Assembly (NCBI GenBank): GCA_900544685.1
Contig: UQWA01000009.1
Location: 1,348-65,347 of the forward strand
Source of the DNA: an uncultured Lachnospiraceae bacterium
GTDB taxonomy: Bacteria; Bacillota; Clostridia; Lachnospirales; Lachnospiraceae
Length of the DNA stretch: 64,000 nt
Direction of reading: 5' to 3'
Shown here: positions 9,250 through 21,140 of the stretch, piece by piece
How the letters are laid out: each line of letters opens with the position of its first letter
How positions within the stretch are numbered: the stretch's first letter is position 1
Program-made: the position numbers and the translations under genes
Notes under the pieces: generated by a model
Told to the model about the DNA's origin: nothing
Databases searched by the model: none
The model's input: the letters and a program-made list of their open reading frames with translations, nothing else

Positions 9250-11526
9250 ATGCCAATGACAAACCCTGGAAAGTTTGACAGTAATGGAGCATGGGACGGT
9301 TTTCGCGGAGAAATCTGGCAGGAAGAGATCAACGTGCGTGATTTTATTCAGAAAAACTATACCCCATATGACGGAGATGAAACATTCTTAGAGGGAGCTA
9401 CGGAAAGTACAGAAAAATTGTGGAATCGGGTTCAGGAACTTCAGAAACAGGAACGCGCAAAAGGCGGTGTCCTGGAGTGTGAGACAGATGTGGTTTCCGG
9501 TTTGACTGCCTATGGTCCGGGTTACATCAGTGAAGAGTTAAAAGATCTGGAACAGATCGTAGGACTGCAGACAGACAAGCCATTAAAACGTGCATTCATG
9601 CCTTATGGCGGAATTAAAATGGCAACCAAAGCGGCAGAGACTTATGGATATGAAATCAATCCAGAATTGAAAAAGATCTTTACTACTTACGTAACGACTC
9701 ACAATGATGCAGTGTTCGGTGCATATACACCGGAGATGCGTCTGGCAAGAAAAACGCATGTAGTTACCGGTCTTCCTGATACTTACGGACGTGGACGTAT
9801 CGTTGGTGATTACCGTCGTGTGGCACTGTACGGTATTGATCGTTTGATTGAAGCAAAAAAAGTAGCTCATTATCGTGCAGGCTGTGGAAACATGTATGAT
9901 GAAGTTATTCGTATGCGTGAAGAGATCAGCCAGCAGTTAAAAGCATTAAATGAAATGAAGGAAATGGCAAAGATCTACGGATATGACATTTCAAAGCCTG
10001 CAAGAAATGCCAAAGAAGCCGTACAGTGGCTGTATTTTGGATACCTTGCTGCAGTAAAGACTCAGAATGGTGCAGCTATGTCTGTAGGACGTATCTCTAC
10101 TTTCCTGGATATTTATATTCAGAGAGATCTGCAGAATGGTACTCTGACAGAATCTGAGGCACAGGAGCTGATTGACCATATGACTATGAAGTTTCGTATG
10201 GTAAAATTCGCCCGTATTCCGGAATACAATCAGTTATTCTCCGGTGATCCGACCTGGGTAACACTGGAAGTGGGTGGAACCAGCCTGGACGGAAGACATA
10301 TGGTAACAAAGACAGATTATCGTTTCCTGCATACACTGGAAAACATGGGACCAAGCCCGGAACCAAATCTGACCGTGTTGTACAGCCCGCGTCTTCCACA
10401 GAGCTTCAAGAAATATGCAGCAAAGATCTCTATTGATACCAGTTCCATCCAGTATGAGAATGACGAAGTCATGAAACCGGAATGGGGAGATGATTACTCC
10501 ATCTGCTGCTGTGTATCTGCAACCAAGACAGGGCAGGAGATTCAGCTCTTCGGTGCCCGCGCCAACCTGGCAAAAACACTGTTGTATGCATTTAACGGTG
10601 GTTTTGATGAAAAACATAGAATTCAGTGTGGTCCTGCTATGCAGCGCATTACTTCTGAGTATGCAGATTATGATGAAGTAGTTGAGAAATTTGACTGGTG
10701 GATGGACTGGCTGGCAGACATCTACGTCAACGTACTGAACCTGATTCATTACATGCATGATAAATATTATTATGAAGCTGCTGAAATGGCATTGATTAAT
10801 AATGACTGTGAACGGTCTTTTGCAACCGGTATTGCAGGATTCTCTCATGTAGTAGATTCCTTAAGTGCCATCAAATATGCAAAAGTAAAAATCATTCGTG
10901 ATGAAGAAGGCATTACCAAAGACTTTGAAATCGAGGGAGATTTCCCACGTTATGGAAATGATGATCCAAGAGCTGATGAGATCGCAACCTGGCTGCTGCG
11001 TACTTTCTTTGATAAGATTCGTCGTCGTCATACCTATCGCGATTCCAAACCAAGTACCTCGATTCTGACGATTACATCGAACGTCGTATACGGAGAAGCT
11101 ACCGGTGCTACACCGGATGGCCGTAAGGCATTTACCTCCTTCGCCCCAGGCGCTTCTCCTTCCTACGGCGCAGAACAGAACGGTCTTTTGGCATCCCTGA
11201 ACTCGGTTGCAAAGATTCCATATCACTGGGCACTGGATGGTATTTCCAATACACAGACCATCAGTCCAGATGCACTGGGGCATGAGGATCAGGAGAGAGT
11301 CGACAATCTGGTTCAGATCCTGGACGGATACTTTGAGCAGGATGCACATCACCTGAATGTTAACGTATTCGGAACCGAAAAGCTGATTGATGCCATGGAG
11401 CATCCGGAAAAAGAAGAATATCAGAACTTTACGATCCGTGTATCAGGATATGCAGTAAAATTCATTTCTCTGACAAAGAAGCAACAGCTTGACGTCATTG
11501 CACGTACCTGCCATAAAACACTGTAA
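9250..11526 (+). CDS. pflB: Pyruvate formate-lyase (formate C-acetyltransferase)
   Basis: [24 protein letters not shown] catalytic cysteines and the TIRVSGYAV glycyl-radical motif. Confidence 0.95.
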   Translation: MPMTNPGKFDSNGAWDGFRGEIWQEEINVRDFIQKNYTPYDGDETFLEGATESTEKLWNRVQELQKQERAKGGVLECETDVVSGLTAYGPGYISEELKDLEQIVGLQTDKPLKRAFMPYGGIKMATKAAETYGYEINPELKKIFTTYVTTHNDAVFGAYTPEMRLARKTHVVTGLPDTYGRGRIVGDYRRVALYGIDRLIEAKKVAHYRAGCGNMYDEVIRMREEISQQLKALNEMKEMAKIYGYDISKPARNAKEAVQWLYFGYLAAVKTQNGAAMSVGRISTFLDIYIQRDLQNGTLTESEAQELIDHMTMKFRMVKFARIPEYNQLFSGDPTWVTLEVGGTSLDGRHMVTKTDYRFLHTLENMGPSPEPNLTVLYSPRLPQSFKKYAAKISIDTSSIQYENDEVMKPEWGDDYSICCCVSATKTGQEIQLFGARANLAKTLLYAFNGGFDEKHRIQCGPAMQRITSEYADYDEVVEKFDWWMDWLADIYVNVLNLIHYMHDKYYYEAAEMALINNDCERSFATGIAGFSHVVDSLSAIKYAKVKIIRDEEGITKDFEIEGDFPRYGNDDPRADEIATWLLRTFFDKIRRRHTYRDSKPSTSILTITSNVVYGEATGATPDGRKAFTSFAPGASPSYGAEQNGLLASLNSVAKIPYHWALDGISNTQTISPDALGHEDQERVDNLVQILDGYFEQDAHHLNVNVFGTEKLIDAMEHPEKEEYQNFTIRVSGYAVKFISLTKKQQLDVIARTCHKTL

Positions 11527-11541
11527 GAAGGGAGCTTAACG

Positions 11542-12267
11542 GTGACGGGAAGGGTTCATTCTATAGAAAGCTTCGGTCTGGTGGATGGTCCGGGAGTGCG
11601 GAGTGTGGTGTTTCTGCAAGGCTGCGCGATGCGATGCAGATACTGCCACAATCCGGATACCTGGGGAATGTCCGGCGGAGAAGAGTGGGAAGCAGAGAAA
11701 CTGTTTCAGAAATTATATCGTTTCAGACCTTACTGGAAAGAAAAAGGCGGAATTACGGTGAGTGGCGGGGAAGCCATGCTGCAGATGGAGTTTGTAACTC
11801 AGTTATTTGCCATAGCGAAAGCACATCACATCCATACTGCACTGGATACCAGTGGCAATCCGTTTTGCCTGGAAGAGTATTTCCTGGAACAGTTTCAGAA
11901 GCTGATGGATGTCACAGATCTGTTTATTGTAGACATCAAAGAAATGGATTCTGACCGGCACCGTAAGTTAACCGGTCAGAATAATGGAAATATATTAGCA
12001 ATGATCCGATATCTGTCAGAACATAAGAAAAGTATGTGGATTCGACATGTATTAGTTCCACATCTGACAGATTCTGAAGATAGTCTGATTGCTTTACGGA
12101 AATTTTTAGAACCTCTGCAGGGAATTGAAAAGATTGAGATTCTTCCATATCATGCTATGGGCGTGCATAAATGGGAAGCACTTGGAATTCCATATTCCCT
12201 GAAGGATGTAAATCCTCCAACAGCGGAAGAAGTAGAAAAAGCAAAAAAAATATTAAATATAGGGTGA
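11542..12267 (+). CDS. pflA: Pyruvate formate-lyase activating enzyme (radical SAM)
   Basis: VDGPG, CxxxCxxCHNPDTW, SGGE. Confidence 0.95.
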   Translation: MTGRVHSIESFGLVDGPGVRSVVFLQGCAMRCRYCHNPDTWGMSGGEEWEAEKLFQKLYRFRPYWKEKGGITVSGGEAMLQMEFVTQLFAIAKAHHIHTALDTSGNPFCLEEYFLEQFQKLMDVTDLFIVDIKEMDSDRHRKLTGQNNGNILAMIRYLSEHKKSMWIRHVLVPHLTDSEDSLIALRKFLEPLQGIEKIEILPYHAMGVHKWEALGIPYSLKDVNPPTAEEVEKAKKILNIG

Positions 12268-12273
12268 GTACTT

Positions 12274-12951
12274 ATGGGACCACAGGAAATGCTGGATCTG
12301 GCTGAAGTGAAAAATAAGTGGAAACTGACACCAATGAAGAATTTCAAGTCGCCCCGTCTCACAGAACGTATGTGGCGTACTGCCCTGGTGGTGCTGCTCA
12401 CATCCGTAATCTATAAATACCCCTTACAGGGGCGCAACCCATGTTTTGCGCTGATTGGTGCAGTCTATGGGGTGGGAAGTCAATTTGAAGAAGGATTTCA
12501 TAATGGAATCAACCGATTCATCGGAACCTTTGTGGGAGGCTTTTGGGTGATTCCGTTTTACTGGCTCTATACCAATGAGCCATTTGGAATACCGGATTGG
12601 ATCTGGCTGGTGGCTGGTCTGTGTCTGGTGCTTTGGTGCAACCTGGCACTGGGAGCAGATTCAGCAATACAGCCGGGGACAGTGGTATATTTTGTTGTGA
12701 TGTTCACAGTAGGAAAGGAACGGGTATTGTTATATACCATCGCCCGTATTCTGGATACAGGTGTTGGCGTGCTGATTGCCTTATTAATAACTATTTTGCT
12801 GCCATCAAAATATGATAAAGAAAACGGTCTGTCTTTTCAAAACCTCTGGAAGCAGACCAGGTACGCGTTCCATTCCTACCTGAATAAAAATCAGATGTTC
12901 CGGGAACAAGAACAGAAAAACTTCGGAACCAGAAAGAAAAAAAGAAAATAG
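12274..12951 (+). CDS. FUSC/aromatic-acid-exporter family membrane protein
   Basis: 'NRFIGTFVGG' and 'ARILDTGVG' motifs; several TM helices. Confidence 0.7.
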   Translation: MGPQEMLDLAEVKNKWKLTPMKNFKSPRLTERMWRTALVVLLTSVIYKYPLQGRNPCFALIGAVYGVGSQFEEGFHNGINRFIGTFVGGFWVIPFYWLYTNEPFGIPDWIWLVAGLCLVLWCNLALGADSAIQPGTVVYFVVMFTVGKERVLLYTIARILDTGVGVLIALLITILLPSKYDKENGLSFQNLWKQTRYAFHSYLNKNQMFREQEQKNFGTRKKKRK

Positions 12952-12961
12952 TAAAAGTCAG

Positions 12962-13004
12962 AAAACGGAAATGACGGGTGAAAGCCTGGCATTTCCGTTT
13001 TTTT
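12962..13004 (+). terminator. Rho-independent terminator closing the ttd-pfl operon
   Basis: AAAACGGAAATG...CATTTCCGTTTT followed by a T run. Confidence 0.75.
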
Positions 13005-13059
13005 AACATGACGGTGTAAATTATGGACACATTCCTGTATAATAAAATAAACGCAAAGC

Positions 13060-13995
13060 ATGAGTGAGTCTTGGATAAGAAAAAGGAAAAGAATGAAAGT
13101 ATGTGAAAAGAAAGTAAATAACGCAGCCAATGTAGATGAGACAATGAAGGAACTGGAAACACATGGATCTTTTGAACTACCTGTAGAGACTTACACCGAC
13201 AACTGTGAGATTTTCCGTTCGCTTTATAATCACTGGCACAGAGAAATGGAAATTGTCTGCATCGATCAGGGAAAGGGGCTTGCCAGACTGAATCGAGAGA
13301 CCATTCGGCTGAAAAAGGGAGATCTGTTGATTGTAAATAGCGGAGTGATCCATGGAATCAAGTCTGATAGCAGAAATATTTTATATTACAGAAGTGTGGT
13401 GTTTGATTTGAACTTCCTTTCCGGATCAGCAGGCGATCTCTGTCAGGAAATGGTGATCTCACTTCTGATGGAAAACAAGGCAGAGTTTACACATTTGATT
13501 ACAGACACAGCGGAACACTATGAGCAGCTGTATCATCTGTTTTGTGAGATTCATCAGTGTCATAATGAGAAAAAACCGTATTATTATATTCACCTGAAAG
13601 CGCTTTTTTATGAGTTTTTTTATGAGATGCTTACGGGAAATTATATTATTACAACGGATACAGAACAGAACAGGAATCTGTTATCTGTTAAGAAAGTACT
13701 GGAGTACATCAGTATTCATTACAGGGAGCCGCTGTCTGTAAAAGAACTGTCCGGGATCTCAAATTACAGTGAATTTTATTTCATGAAACTGTTTAAGCAG
13801 TATACAGGGAAAACGGCAGCGGCGTACCTGAATGATTATCGTCTGGAGAAAGCCAAATCGCTGCTGCTGCATACAGATAATTCTGTTACGGATATTGCTA
13901 CCGAGGCAGGTTTTAATAATACCAGTTATTTTATAAAAAAATTTCAGGAAGCGAACCAGATTTCTCCTCATAAATTTCGCAAAAAAATGTCATAA
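13060..13995 (+). CDS. AraC-family transcriptional regulator (start may be 13093)
   Basis: HWHREME cupin sensor and a C-terminal double HTH (YFMKLFK...GFNNTSYFIKKF). Confidence 0.92.
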   Translation: MSESWIRKRKRMKVCEKKVNNAANVDETMKELETHGSFELPVETYTDNCEIFRSLYNHWHREMEIVCIDQGKGLARLNRETIRLKKGDLLIVNSGVIHGIKSDSRNILYYRSVVFDLNFLSGSAGDLCQEMVISLLMENKAEFTHLITDTAEHYEQLYHLFCEIHQCHNEKKPYYYIHLKALFYEFFYEMLTGNYIITTDTEQNRNLLSVKKVLEYISIHYREPLSVKELSGISNYSEFYFMKLFKQYTGKTAAAYLNDYRLEKAKSLLLHTDNSVTDIATEAGFNNTSYFIKKFQEANQISPHKFRKKMS

Positions 13996-14094
13996 TAGAA
14001 CAGTTCTGTTGTATTTTTCTTTCAAATACATATGCTAATATAGCAATATCAGAGAAACGAAAGACATAGAGTATGCTTTTGAAAGGAGAAAATT

Positions 14095-16353
14095 ATGGAA
14101 GCTTTAAAGACTTTGATTCAGAATATGTTCCACAAGGACTGCAGTGCATGTACAGATCAGGAAGTATACGAGGCACTTCTTGCATATACCAAAAAGATGC
14201 TTGCTGCAAAAGGATATCAGGATGGAAAGAAAAAAATCTATTATATTTCTGCAGAGTTTCTGATTGGAAAACTCCTTTCCAACAATCTGATCAATTTTGG
14301 TATTTACGATGATGTTACGGAATTTTTGAGAGAAAATGGCAAATCACTTGCAGATATTGAATCCGTAGAGCCGGAACCATCACTTGGAAATGGTGGCCTT
14401 GGACGTCTGGCAGCCTGCTTTCTGGACTCTATCGCGACGTTGGGACTTCCTGGTGAGGGAATTGGTCTGAACTATCACCTTGGTCTGTTCAGACAGGTAT
14501 TTGAGGACAATCTTCAGCATGAGATGCCAAACCCATGGATTACGCCGGACTCCTGGCTGACTGCTACAGATGTTACTTATATGGTTCCGTTCAGAGGATT
14601 TTCATTGAAATCCACTATGTATACCATTGATGTTGCAGGTTACGAAAATAAAGCGATTCGACTGAATTTGTTTGATATTGACCTGGCAGATGAATCCATG
14701 GTTCATGACGGAATTGCATTTAATAAAAAGGATATTCTGCACAATCTGACCCTGTTCCTGTATCCGGATGACAGTGATGAGGATGGACGGAAACTTCGTA
14801 TCTATCAGCAGTACTTTATGGTAAGCAATGCGGCTCAGCGGATTCTGGATGAAGCAGCTGCCAGAGGAAGCAACTTCCATGACCTGGCTGATTATGCAGT
14901 GGTTCAGATCAATGATACGCATCCAAGCATGATTATCCCAGAGTTTATCCGTCTGCTTGGTGAGCGGGGAATTGCATTTGAAGAAGCGGCAGAGATCGTT
15001 TCTCATGTGTGTGCGTATACCAATCATACAATCCTGGCAGAAGCACTGGAAAAATGGCCGATTCAGTATCTGGAGGATATTGTGCCGCAGCTGGTTCCGA
15101 TTATCCGCAGACTGGATGAGAAGGTGAAAGCAAAGTATCCGCAGGAAAATCTTGCTATTATTGACAGCAGCCAGCTGGTTCATATGGCACATATGGATAT
15201 CCATTATGGATTTTCGATCAATGGTGTTGCGGCACTTCATACAGAGATTTTGAAAAACACTGAACTGCATCAGTTTTATGAGATTTATCCGGAAAAATTC
15301 AATAATAAGACCAACGGAATTACGTTCCGCAGATGGCTGATGTATTGTAATCGTCCGCTTGCAAAATACATTACGTCTCTGATTGGAGATGGCTGGAAGA
15401 AAGATGCGGCACAGCTGAAGAAGCTGTCTGCTTTTGGGGAAGATCAGGACGTGCTGAGCCAGTTACTTGCAATAAAGGCAGATGCAAAAAAAATCTGCAA
15501 AGAGTTTATCTTTGAAAATACCGGTATTGAGATTGATGAGAACAGCGTGTTTGATATCCAGATCAAGAGACTGCATGAATATAAACGGCAGCAGTTAAAT
15601 GCGTTGTATGTTATTTATAAATATCTGGAAATTAAAGAAGGCAGAAAGCCGGAAAGACCGATTACCTTTATCTTTGGCGCAAAGGCAGCTCCTGCTTATT
15701 ATATTGCCAAGGATATTATCCATCTGCTTCTGACACTGGAGACGCTGATTCAGAATGATCCGGAGGTATCACCGTACATGAAGCTGGTGATGGTCGAGAA
15801 TTATAACGTCAGTGCAGCTGAGAAACTGATTCCGGCCTGCAATATTTCCGAGCAGATTTCTCTTGCATCCAAGGAAGCCAGTGGTACCGGAAATATGAAG
15901 TTTATGCTCAATGGTGCGGTTACACTCGGTACTATGGATGGGGCAAATGTGGAGATCAGCGATCTGGTTGGAAAAGAGAATATTTATATCTTTGGTGAGT
16001 CCAGTGATGAAGTAATCCGGCACTATGAAAAGATGGATTATCATTCCCGTGCAATCTATGAGAGCGATGCAGATATTAAAAAATATGTGGACTTTATTGT
16101 CAGCGAGCTGATGCTGAAGTATGGCAGGGAAGAACATCTGAGAAATGTCTACAATGAGCTTTTGAATAAAGACTGGTTTATGACACTGCTGGATCTGAAG
16201 GATTATATCAGAGTGAAGGATCAGGCATTTGAAGATTACGAAGACCGTACTGCGTGGGCAAAGAAGATGCTTGTGAATATCGCACAGGCAGGCTTCTTCT
16301 CTTCTGATAGAACGATTGAGCAGTATAATAAAGACATCTGGCATTTAAATTAA
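14095..16353 (+). CDS. glgP: Glycogen/maltodextrin phosphorylase
   Basis: [22 protein letters not shown] and the [15 protein letters not shown] motif. Confidence 0.95.
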   Translation: MEALKTLIQNMFHKDCSACTDQEVYEALLAYTKKMLAAKGYQDGKKKIYYISAEFLIGKLLSNNLINFGIYDDVTEFLRENGKSLADIESVEPEPSLGNGGLGRLAACFLDSIATLGLPGEGIGLNYHLGLFRQVFEDNLQHEMPNPWITPDSWLTATDVTYMVPFRGFSLKSTMYTIDVAGYENKAIRLNLFDIDLADESMVHDGIAFNKKDILHNLTLFLYPDDSDEDGRKLRIYQQYFMVSNAAQRILDEAAARGSNFHDLADYAVVQINDTHPSMIIPEFIRLLGERGIAFEEAAEIVSHVCAYTNHTILAEALEKWPIQYLEDIVPQLVPIIRRLDEKVKAKYPQENLAIIDSSQLVHMAHMDIHYGFSINGVAALHTEILKNTELHQFYEIYPEKFNNKTNGITFRRWLMYCNRPLAKYITSLIGDGWKKDAAQLKKLSAFGEDQDVLSQLLAIKADAKKICKEFIFENTGIEIDENSVFDIQIKRLHEYKRQQLNALYVIYKYLEIKEGRKPERPITFIFGAKAAPAYYIAKDIIHLLLTLETLIQNDPEVSPYMKLVMVENYNVSAAEKLIPACNISEQISLASKEASGTGNMKFMLNGAVTLGTMDGANVEISDLVGKENIYIFGESSDEVIRHYEKMDYHSRAIYESDADIKKYVDFIVSELMLKYGREEHLRNVYNELLNKDWFMTLLDLKDYIRVKDQAFEDYEDRTAWAKKMLVNIAQAGFFSSDRTIEQYNKDIWHLN

Positions 16354-16359
16354 AATAAC

Positions 16360-16388
16360 ATGGGGTATCGTTTTGTTCGATACCCCAT
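16360..16388 (+). terminator. Terminator hairpin after glgP
   Basis: ATGGGGTATCG / CGATACCCCAT inverted repeat. Confidence 0.7.
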
Positions 16389-16470
16389 AAATTTTAGAGG
16401 CAGACATATTAAAATAAGAGACAGAAATGGCCGGTATGTCTGAAAAGAAAACGAGAAGGAGGATGTCGAT

Positions 16471-17394
16471 ATGGAATTACGTCAGTTAAAATGTTTTCTT
16501 GTATGTGCCAGAAATCACTCTCTGACACTGGCAGCAGAGGAACTGTATACGACACAGCCTCATGTCAGTATGGTGATCAAATCCCTGGAGCAGGAGCTTG
16601 GAACGCCACTTTTTATCCGTAAATCAAAAGGGGTGGAGCTAACGGAGGCGGGAAAACGGATCTATTCTTATGCGGTAAATGCGGTGCGTAACGCAGAGGC
16701 TATTTCTGCATTAAGCAGTCAGAATGAGATTCCTTTTCTGCGTATTGTATCTAATTCCAGCAGTCATATGGCATTGCTCCTGACCCATTATTATCTTCAG
16801 CAAAAGGAAAAGCTGAAGATAGAATATCGAGAATGTGGAATTGAAGAGATGATGGAACGGGTATCGGAAGGAATGGATGATCTGGGATTTTTATTCGTAC
16901 CGGACAACCGAAGGTCGGTACTGCGTCATATGCTGGAACGTAGGTTCCTGGAATTTGTGCCACTTCTGACTACGGATCTGGTGCTTTATGTGCGAAAGGA
17001 ACATCCTCTTTATGGACGAAAAAGTGTCAGACCGGAAGAGTTGTCAGATTTGGAATTTATTCAGTTGGATGATGATTTTTTTTCGGTGGAAGCGATGTTG
17101 GAGGAGGTGCTGCCCTCAGGGAAACGGTACCACGATCTTCCAAAAGTGGTGACTACCAACAGCAGCAGCCTGATGATTCGTATGCTGGAAAATACCGATC
17201 TTTGTAATGTGGGAAGCTACTGGCTTAGTGAGATGTATCGGCAGAATGATTTTGGACGGATCAGGATCGAAGGGCTGGAACAGAAAATCCGGTTTGGTTA
17301 TCTGAAATACCAGGGGCGTCCGTTGATTCCAGGATTAGTGGATTTTTTAAGTTTCCTGGAAGGAGCGCTGGAAAAGGATCATGAAATGATATAA
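16471..17394 (+). CDS. LysR-family transcriptional regulator
   Basis: MELRQLKCF...AAEELYTTQPHVS HTH. Confidence 0.92.
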   Translation: MELRQLKCFLVCARNHSLTLAAEELYTTQPHVSMVIKSLEQELGTPLFIRKSKGVELTEAGKRIYSYAVNAVRNAEAISALSSQNEIPFLRIVSNSSSHMALLLTHYYLQQKEKLKIEYRECGIEEMMERVSEGMDDLGFLFVPDNRRSVLRHMLERRFLEFVPLLTTDLVLYVRKEHPLYGRKSVRPEELSDLEFIQLDDDFFSVEAMLEEVLPSGKRYHDLPKVVTTNSSSLMIRMLENTDLCNVGSYWLSEMYRQNDFGRIRIEGLEQKIRFGYLKYQGRPLIPGLVDFLSFLEGALEKDHEMI

Positions 17395-17502
17395 TGATTT
17401 TTTATATCATAGATATAAAAATGTGAAAATATCCATAAATCTTCTGATATGTTATGCTTTAAATAACAAAGCGTGATGGAAAGCAAACATAAGGGAGGAG
17501 TT

Positions 17503-18876
17503 ATGGGTATTTTTAAATGTAAAAATGCAGAAGTTCATATGGAACAGGGACCGATTGGGAGAACTTTACTGATGTTTGCGGCGCCGATTCTGTTATCCCA
17601 GATTCTTCAACAGATGTACAGCATTGCAGACTGTATGATAGTAGGACATTTTGGAGGCGGAAATGGACTGGCGGCAGCAGGAGAGGCTGCGCTGATTCTT
17701 TCTGTGATCATTAATTTTTTTGTTGGATTTTCCACCGGAGTCAGTGCGGTGACGGCCGCTGCATTTGGAGGATTTCAGTATCAGAAGCTGAGCCGGATTC
17801 TTCATGCAGTAGTGTTGATGAGTCTGATCTCCGGAGCTGTTATGACAGTGGCCGGCATTGGATGTTCTGGAATTTTTTTGCAGTGGATTCATTGTCCGGA
17901 AGAAGTATTTTCCCCGGCACAGTATTATCTGCGAATTTGTATGATGGGCATTATTCCGCAGTTTATTTACAATATGGGAAATGCGATTCTGCGTTCCCTG
18001 GGGAATACCAGAGAACCCTTGTATTTCCTCACATTTTCATCGGGATTGAATCTGGTGTTGGATGTGTTATTTGTGATAGGTCTGGGAATGGGACTTCCGG
18101 GAGCAGGAGTCGCAACGGTGATTTCCCAGTGGGTGCTGGCTATGCTTATGATATGGAAAATGATCAGACTGGATGTTCGGTATAATCTGCAGATAACCAG
18201 ACTGTTTGGCGGCCTGGAAGAACTGCCGGAGATCATAAATACCGGATTGCCATCCGGAATGCAGGCAGTCTTTATGAGTATTTCCTCACTTCTGATTCAA
18301 GATAGTATTAATTCTTTTGGTGCAGATGCGGCAGCAGGGATGGTTGTGTTTGCAAGAGTGGAAGGATTCCTGTATTATCCTGCCTTTTCTTATGGAATGG
18401 CATTGACGGGATTTATCGGACAGAATTATGGAGCAGGAAAAATGGATCGTGTGCAGGAAGGCATGAAAAAAAGTATTCTTACCCTGAGTGCCTTCACAGT
18501 AGCAGCAGGAGGAATTCTTATGCTGGCAGCACCGGTAATTCTGAAGTTGTTTACATCAGATCCGGAAATACTCAGAAACGGACAGCAGGCCATTTTGTGT
18601 ATCTTTCCGTTTTATTTTTTATATGCAATCAATCAGGTATATATAGGAGGATTAAAAGGGCTGGGGCACACAGGATTTCCTATGCTGTGTTCTCTTCTTT
18701 GTTACTGTATTTTTCGGGTGGTATGGTGTCGGATCCTCCTTTTGCTGTTCTGGGATATTCGAGTGATTTATTTCAGCTATGATGTGAGCTGGATTATTAT
18801 GATTGCATTACTGGTTTCTCAATATCAGAAAAATGTAATTCTATATGGGTTTGGAGTACATTCTGTGTTAAGATGA
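17503..18876 (+). CDS. MATE-family efflux transporter
   Basis: QQMYSIADCMIVGHF, LRSLGNT and GQNYGAG motifs; GGGAGG RBS before the ATG at 17503. Confidence 0.9.
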   Translation: MGIFKCKNAEVHMEQGPIGRTLLMFAAPILLSQILQQMYSIADCMIVGHFGGGNGLAAAGEAALILSVIINFFVGFSTGVSAVTAAAFGGFQYQKLSRILHAVVLMSLISGAVMTVAGIGCSGIFLQWIHCPEEVFSPAQYYLRICMMGIIPQFIYNMGNAILRSLGNTREPLYFLTFSSGLNLVLDVLFVIGLGMGLPGAGVATVISQWVLAMLMIWKMIRLDVRYNLQITRLFGGLEELPEIINTGLPSGMQAVFMSISSLLIQDSINSFGADAAAGMVVFARVEGFLYYPAFSYGMALTGFIGQNYGAGKMDRVQEGMKKSILTLSAFTVAAGGILMLAAPVILKLFTSDPEILRNGQQAILCIFPFYFLYAINQVYIGGLKGLGHTGFPMLCSLLCYCIFRVVWCRILLLLFWDIRVIYFSYDVSWIIMIALLVSQYQKNVILYGFGVHSVLR

Positions 18877-18941
18877 AAGAAAAGTGCAGGGAAGGTTGCT
18901 ACGCATGGCGTAAATGACAAAAATACAGTACGGAGGCGGGT

Positions 18942-21089
18942 ATGAAGTTATTGAGTTATCATGAAAATGGGATCTACATTGTCTGGGGAGTTGATGAAAA
19001 GCAGGAGCTTCGGCTGTTGCACATGTCATCGCTGCCTTTTCAGAAAGAGGACATTAAAGTAGAATCCATGGATTATGGATTCCGATTCGTGGAGTTGCAG
19101 CTGTCTGGATTTGACCGGCCGTATGAACGGCACGGAAATAAATATATTGTAACAGCGCCGGGGTACCGCATGAAGTATGTCAGTCACAGTGAAAGTCGGA
19201 ATGAAAATGGACTGCAGCTGCTTTTTGTGCTCAGAGACGATCTGACAGATGTATATGTAGATGCTTATGTGCAGTTCTATGATGGCCTGGCTATAGTACG
19301 TATGTGGCAAGTCATCCGAAATGAAGGCACAGAAACGCAGACGGTGGAATATATCTCAGGATTTAATTATGAAGGAATCGAGAAAGAGGGACTTGCCCCA
19401 CGAGATGAGAAGATGCGTGTCTGGATTCCACATAACAGCTGGCAGAGGGAATTGAACTGGAAATGCTATACTTTGCCGGAACTTGGCATGGATCAGATTC
19501 AGCCGGAACGGATTCAGCGTTCATCTGGTATGATTCGGATTTCCAATACAGGAAACTGGTCCGCAAAGGAATACCTGCCAATGGCTTATCTGGAAAATAC
19601 CTGTGCAGGAACAGGATTGTTCTGGCAGATTGAACATAATGGATCCTGGCACTGGGAGATTGGGGATCAGAACGGACATCTTTATCTGGCAGTCAGCGGA
19701 CCGAATGAGATCTATTCCCATTGGTTTAAGAATCTGGCCTCAGGAGAATCTTTTACTTCTGTTCCTGTGGCTGTAGGCGTGACAGGAGCACCGGAATGCG
19801 AACATGACGGACTGAATCAGGCAATAGATACACTGACAGCTTACCGTCGCAGAATCCGCCGGGAAAATGAAGACAATAAGAAACTTCCGGTAATCTTTAA
19901 TGATTATATGAACTGTCTGTGGGGACATCCGACAGAAGAAGAAGAATACCCGCTGATTGATGCAGCAGCAGAGGCAGGATGTGAGTACTTTTGTATAGAT
20001 GCCGGATGGTATGCCGACGGTGACTGGTGGGACAGCGTGGGGGAATGGAAGGAAAGTAAAAAGCGTTTTCCAGGCGGTGTCCGGAAGGTGACGGATTATA
20101 TCCGAAGCAAGGGAATGATTCCGGGGGTATGGCTGGAGATGGAAGTCATGGGAATCTACTGTGATCTGGCGAAAGAGTTCCCGGATGAGTACTTCTTTGT
20201 GCGTCATGGAAAACGGGTTTATGATCGAAGCAGATACCAGCTGGATTATCGCAATCCGAAGGTACGGAAATATGCAGATTCTGTAATAGACCGTATCGTA
20301 AAAGAGTATGGTGTAGGCTATATAAAGATGGACTATAATATTGAACCGGGCATCGGTACAGAGATTGGCACTGAGAGCATGGGACAGGGAATGCTGGAGC
20401 ATGAACGTGCCTATCTGAGGTGGCTGGAAGGGGTATGGGCACGTTACCCGGATCTGATTATTGAGAACTGTTCCAGTGGCGGGCTGCGGATGGATTATGC
20501 CATGTTGTCCAGATATAGTATTCAGTCCACCAGTGATCAGGATGATTACCGTCTGTATGCGACGATTGCAGCGAATGCACCGACAGCGGTCACACCGGAG
20601 CAGGCAGCAGTCTGGGCTTATCCGATGAATCATGAAGAGGTGGTAAGCGAACGGGCGCTGCAGGAGGAAACAGTATTTAACATGGTCAATGCCATGCTTC
20701 TGCGTATTCATCAGAGCGGACATCTGGCAAAGCTGGATGAGATGCGTTTTGGACTGGTAAAAGAGGGCATTGCGGTGTATAAACGTATCCGCGGGGATAT
20801 TGCGGCAAGTTTACCGTTCTGGCCGCTGGGACTGTCTTCCTTTACAGATGAATGGTCTGCACTGGGATTGAAGTGTGGGGAAAAGAGATATGTGGCAGTC
20901 TGGAGAAGAAAAGGACAGAAAGATACGGTAGATCTGCCGATACCTGGACTGAAAGAGAAAGCTGCAGTGGTAAAACGTATTTATCCATCCTATGCAGAAG
21001 AAAGGTTCACATGGAATGCGAATCAGGGCACTTTAACGGTGCAGCTGCCAGAAGAAAATACGGCGAGACTGTTTGAGATCAGAGATTAA
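18942..21089 (+). CDS. GH36 alpha-galactosidase-family glycoside hydrolase
   Basis: IDAGW, YIKMDYN and ENCSSGG motifs. Confidence 0.88.
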   Translation: MKLLSYHENGIYIVWGVDEKQELRLLHMSSLPFQKEDIKVESMDYGFRFVELQLSGFDRPYERHGNKYIVTAPGYRMKYVSHSESRNENGLQLLFVLRDDLTDVYVDAYVQFYDGLAIVRMWQVIRNEGTETQTVEYISGFNYEGIEKEGLAPRDEKMRVWIPHNSWQRELNWKCYTLPELGMDQIQPERIQRSSGMIRISNTGNWSAKEYLPMAYLENTCAGTGLFWQIEHNGSWHWEIGDQNGHLYLAVSGPNEIYSHWFKNLASGESFTSVPVAVGVTGAPECEHDGLNQAIDTLTAYRRRIRRENEDNKKLPVIFNDYMNCLWGHPTEEEEYPLIDAAAEAGCEYFCIDAGWYADGDWWDSVGEWKESKKRFPGGVRKVTDYIRSKGMIPGVWLEMEVMGIYCDLAKEFPDEYFFVRHGKRVYDRSRYQLDYRNPKVRKYADSVIDRIVKEYGVGYIKMDYNIEPGIGTEIGTESMGQGMLEHERAYLRWLEGVWARYPDLIIENCSSGGLRMDYAMLSRYSIQSTSDQDDYRLYATIAANAPTAVTPEQAAVWAYPMNHEEVVSERALQEETVFNMVNAMLLRIHQSGHLAKLDEMRFGLVKEGIAVYKRIRGDIAASLPFWPLGLSSFTDEWSALGLKCGEKRYVAVWRRKGQKDTVDLPIPGLKEKAAVVKRIYPSYAEERFTWNANQGTLTVQLPEENTARLFEIRD

Positions 21090-21091
21090 GA

Positions 21092-21131
21092 AAATGGCTC
21101 TTCGAAAGAATCGACTTTCGAGGAGCCATTT
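21092..21131. terminator. Bidirectional terminator
   Basis: AAATGGCTCTTCGAAAG / CTTTCGAGGAGCCATTT between convergent genes. Confidence 0.75.
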
Positions 21132-21140
21132 GATTTTATG

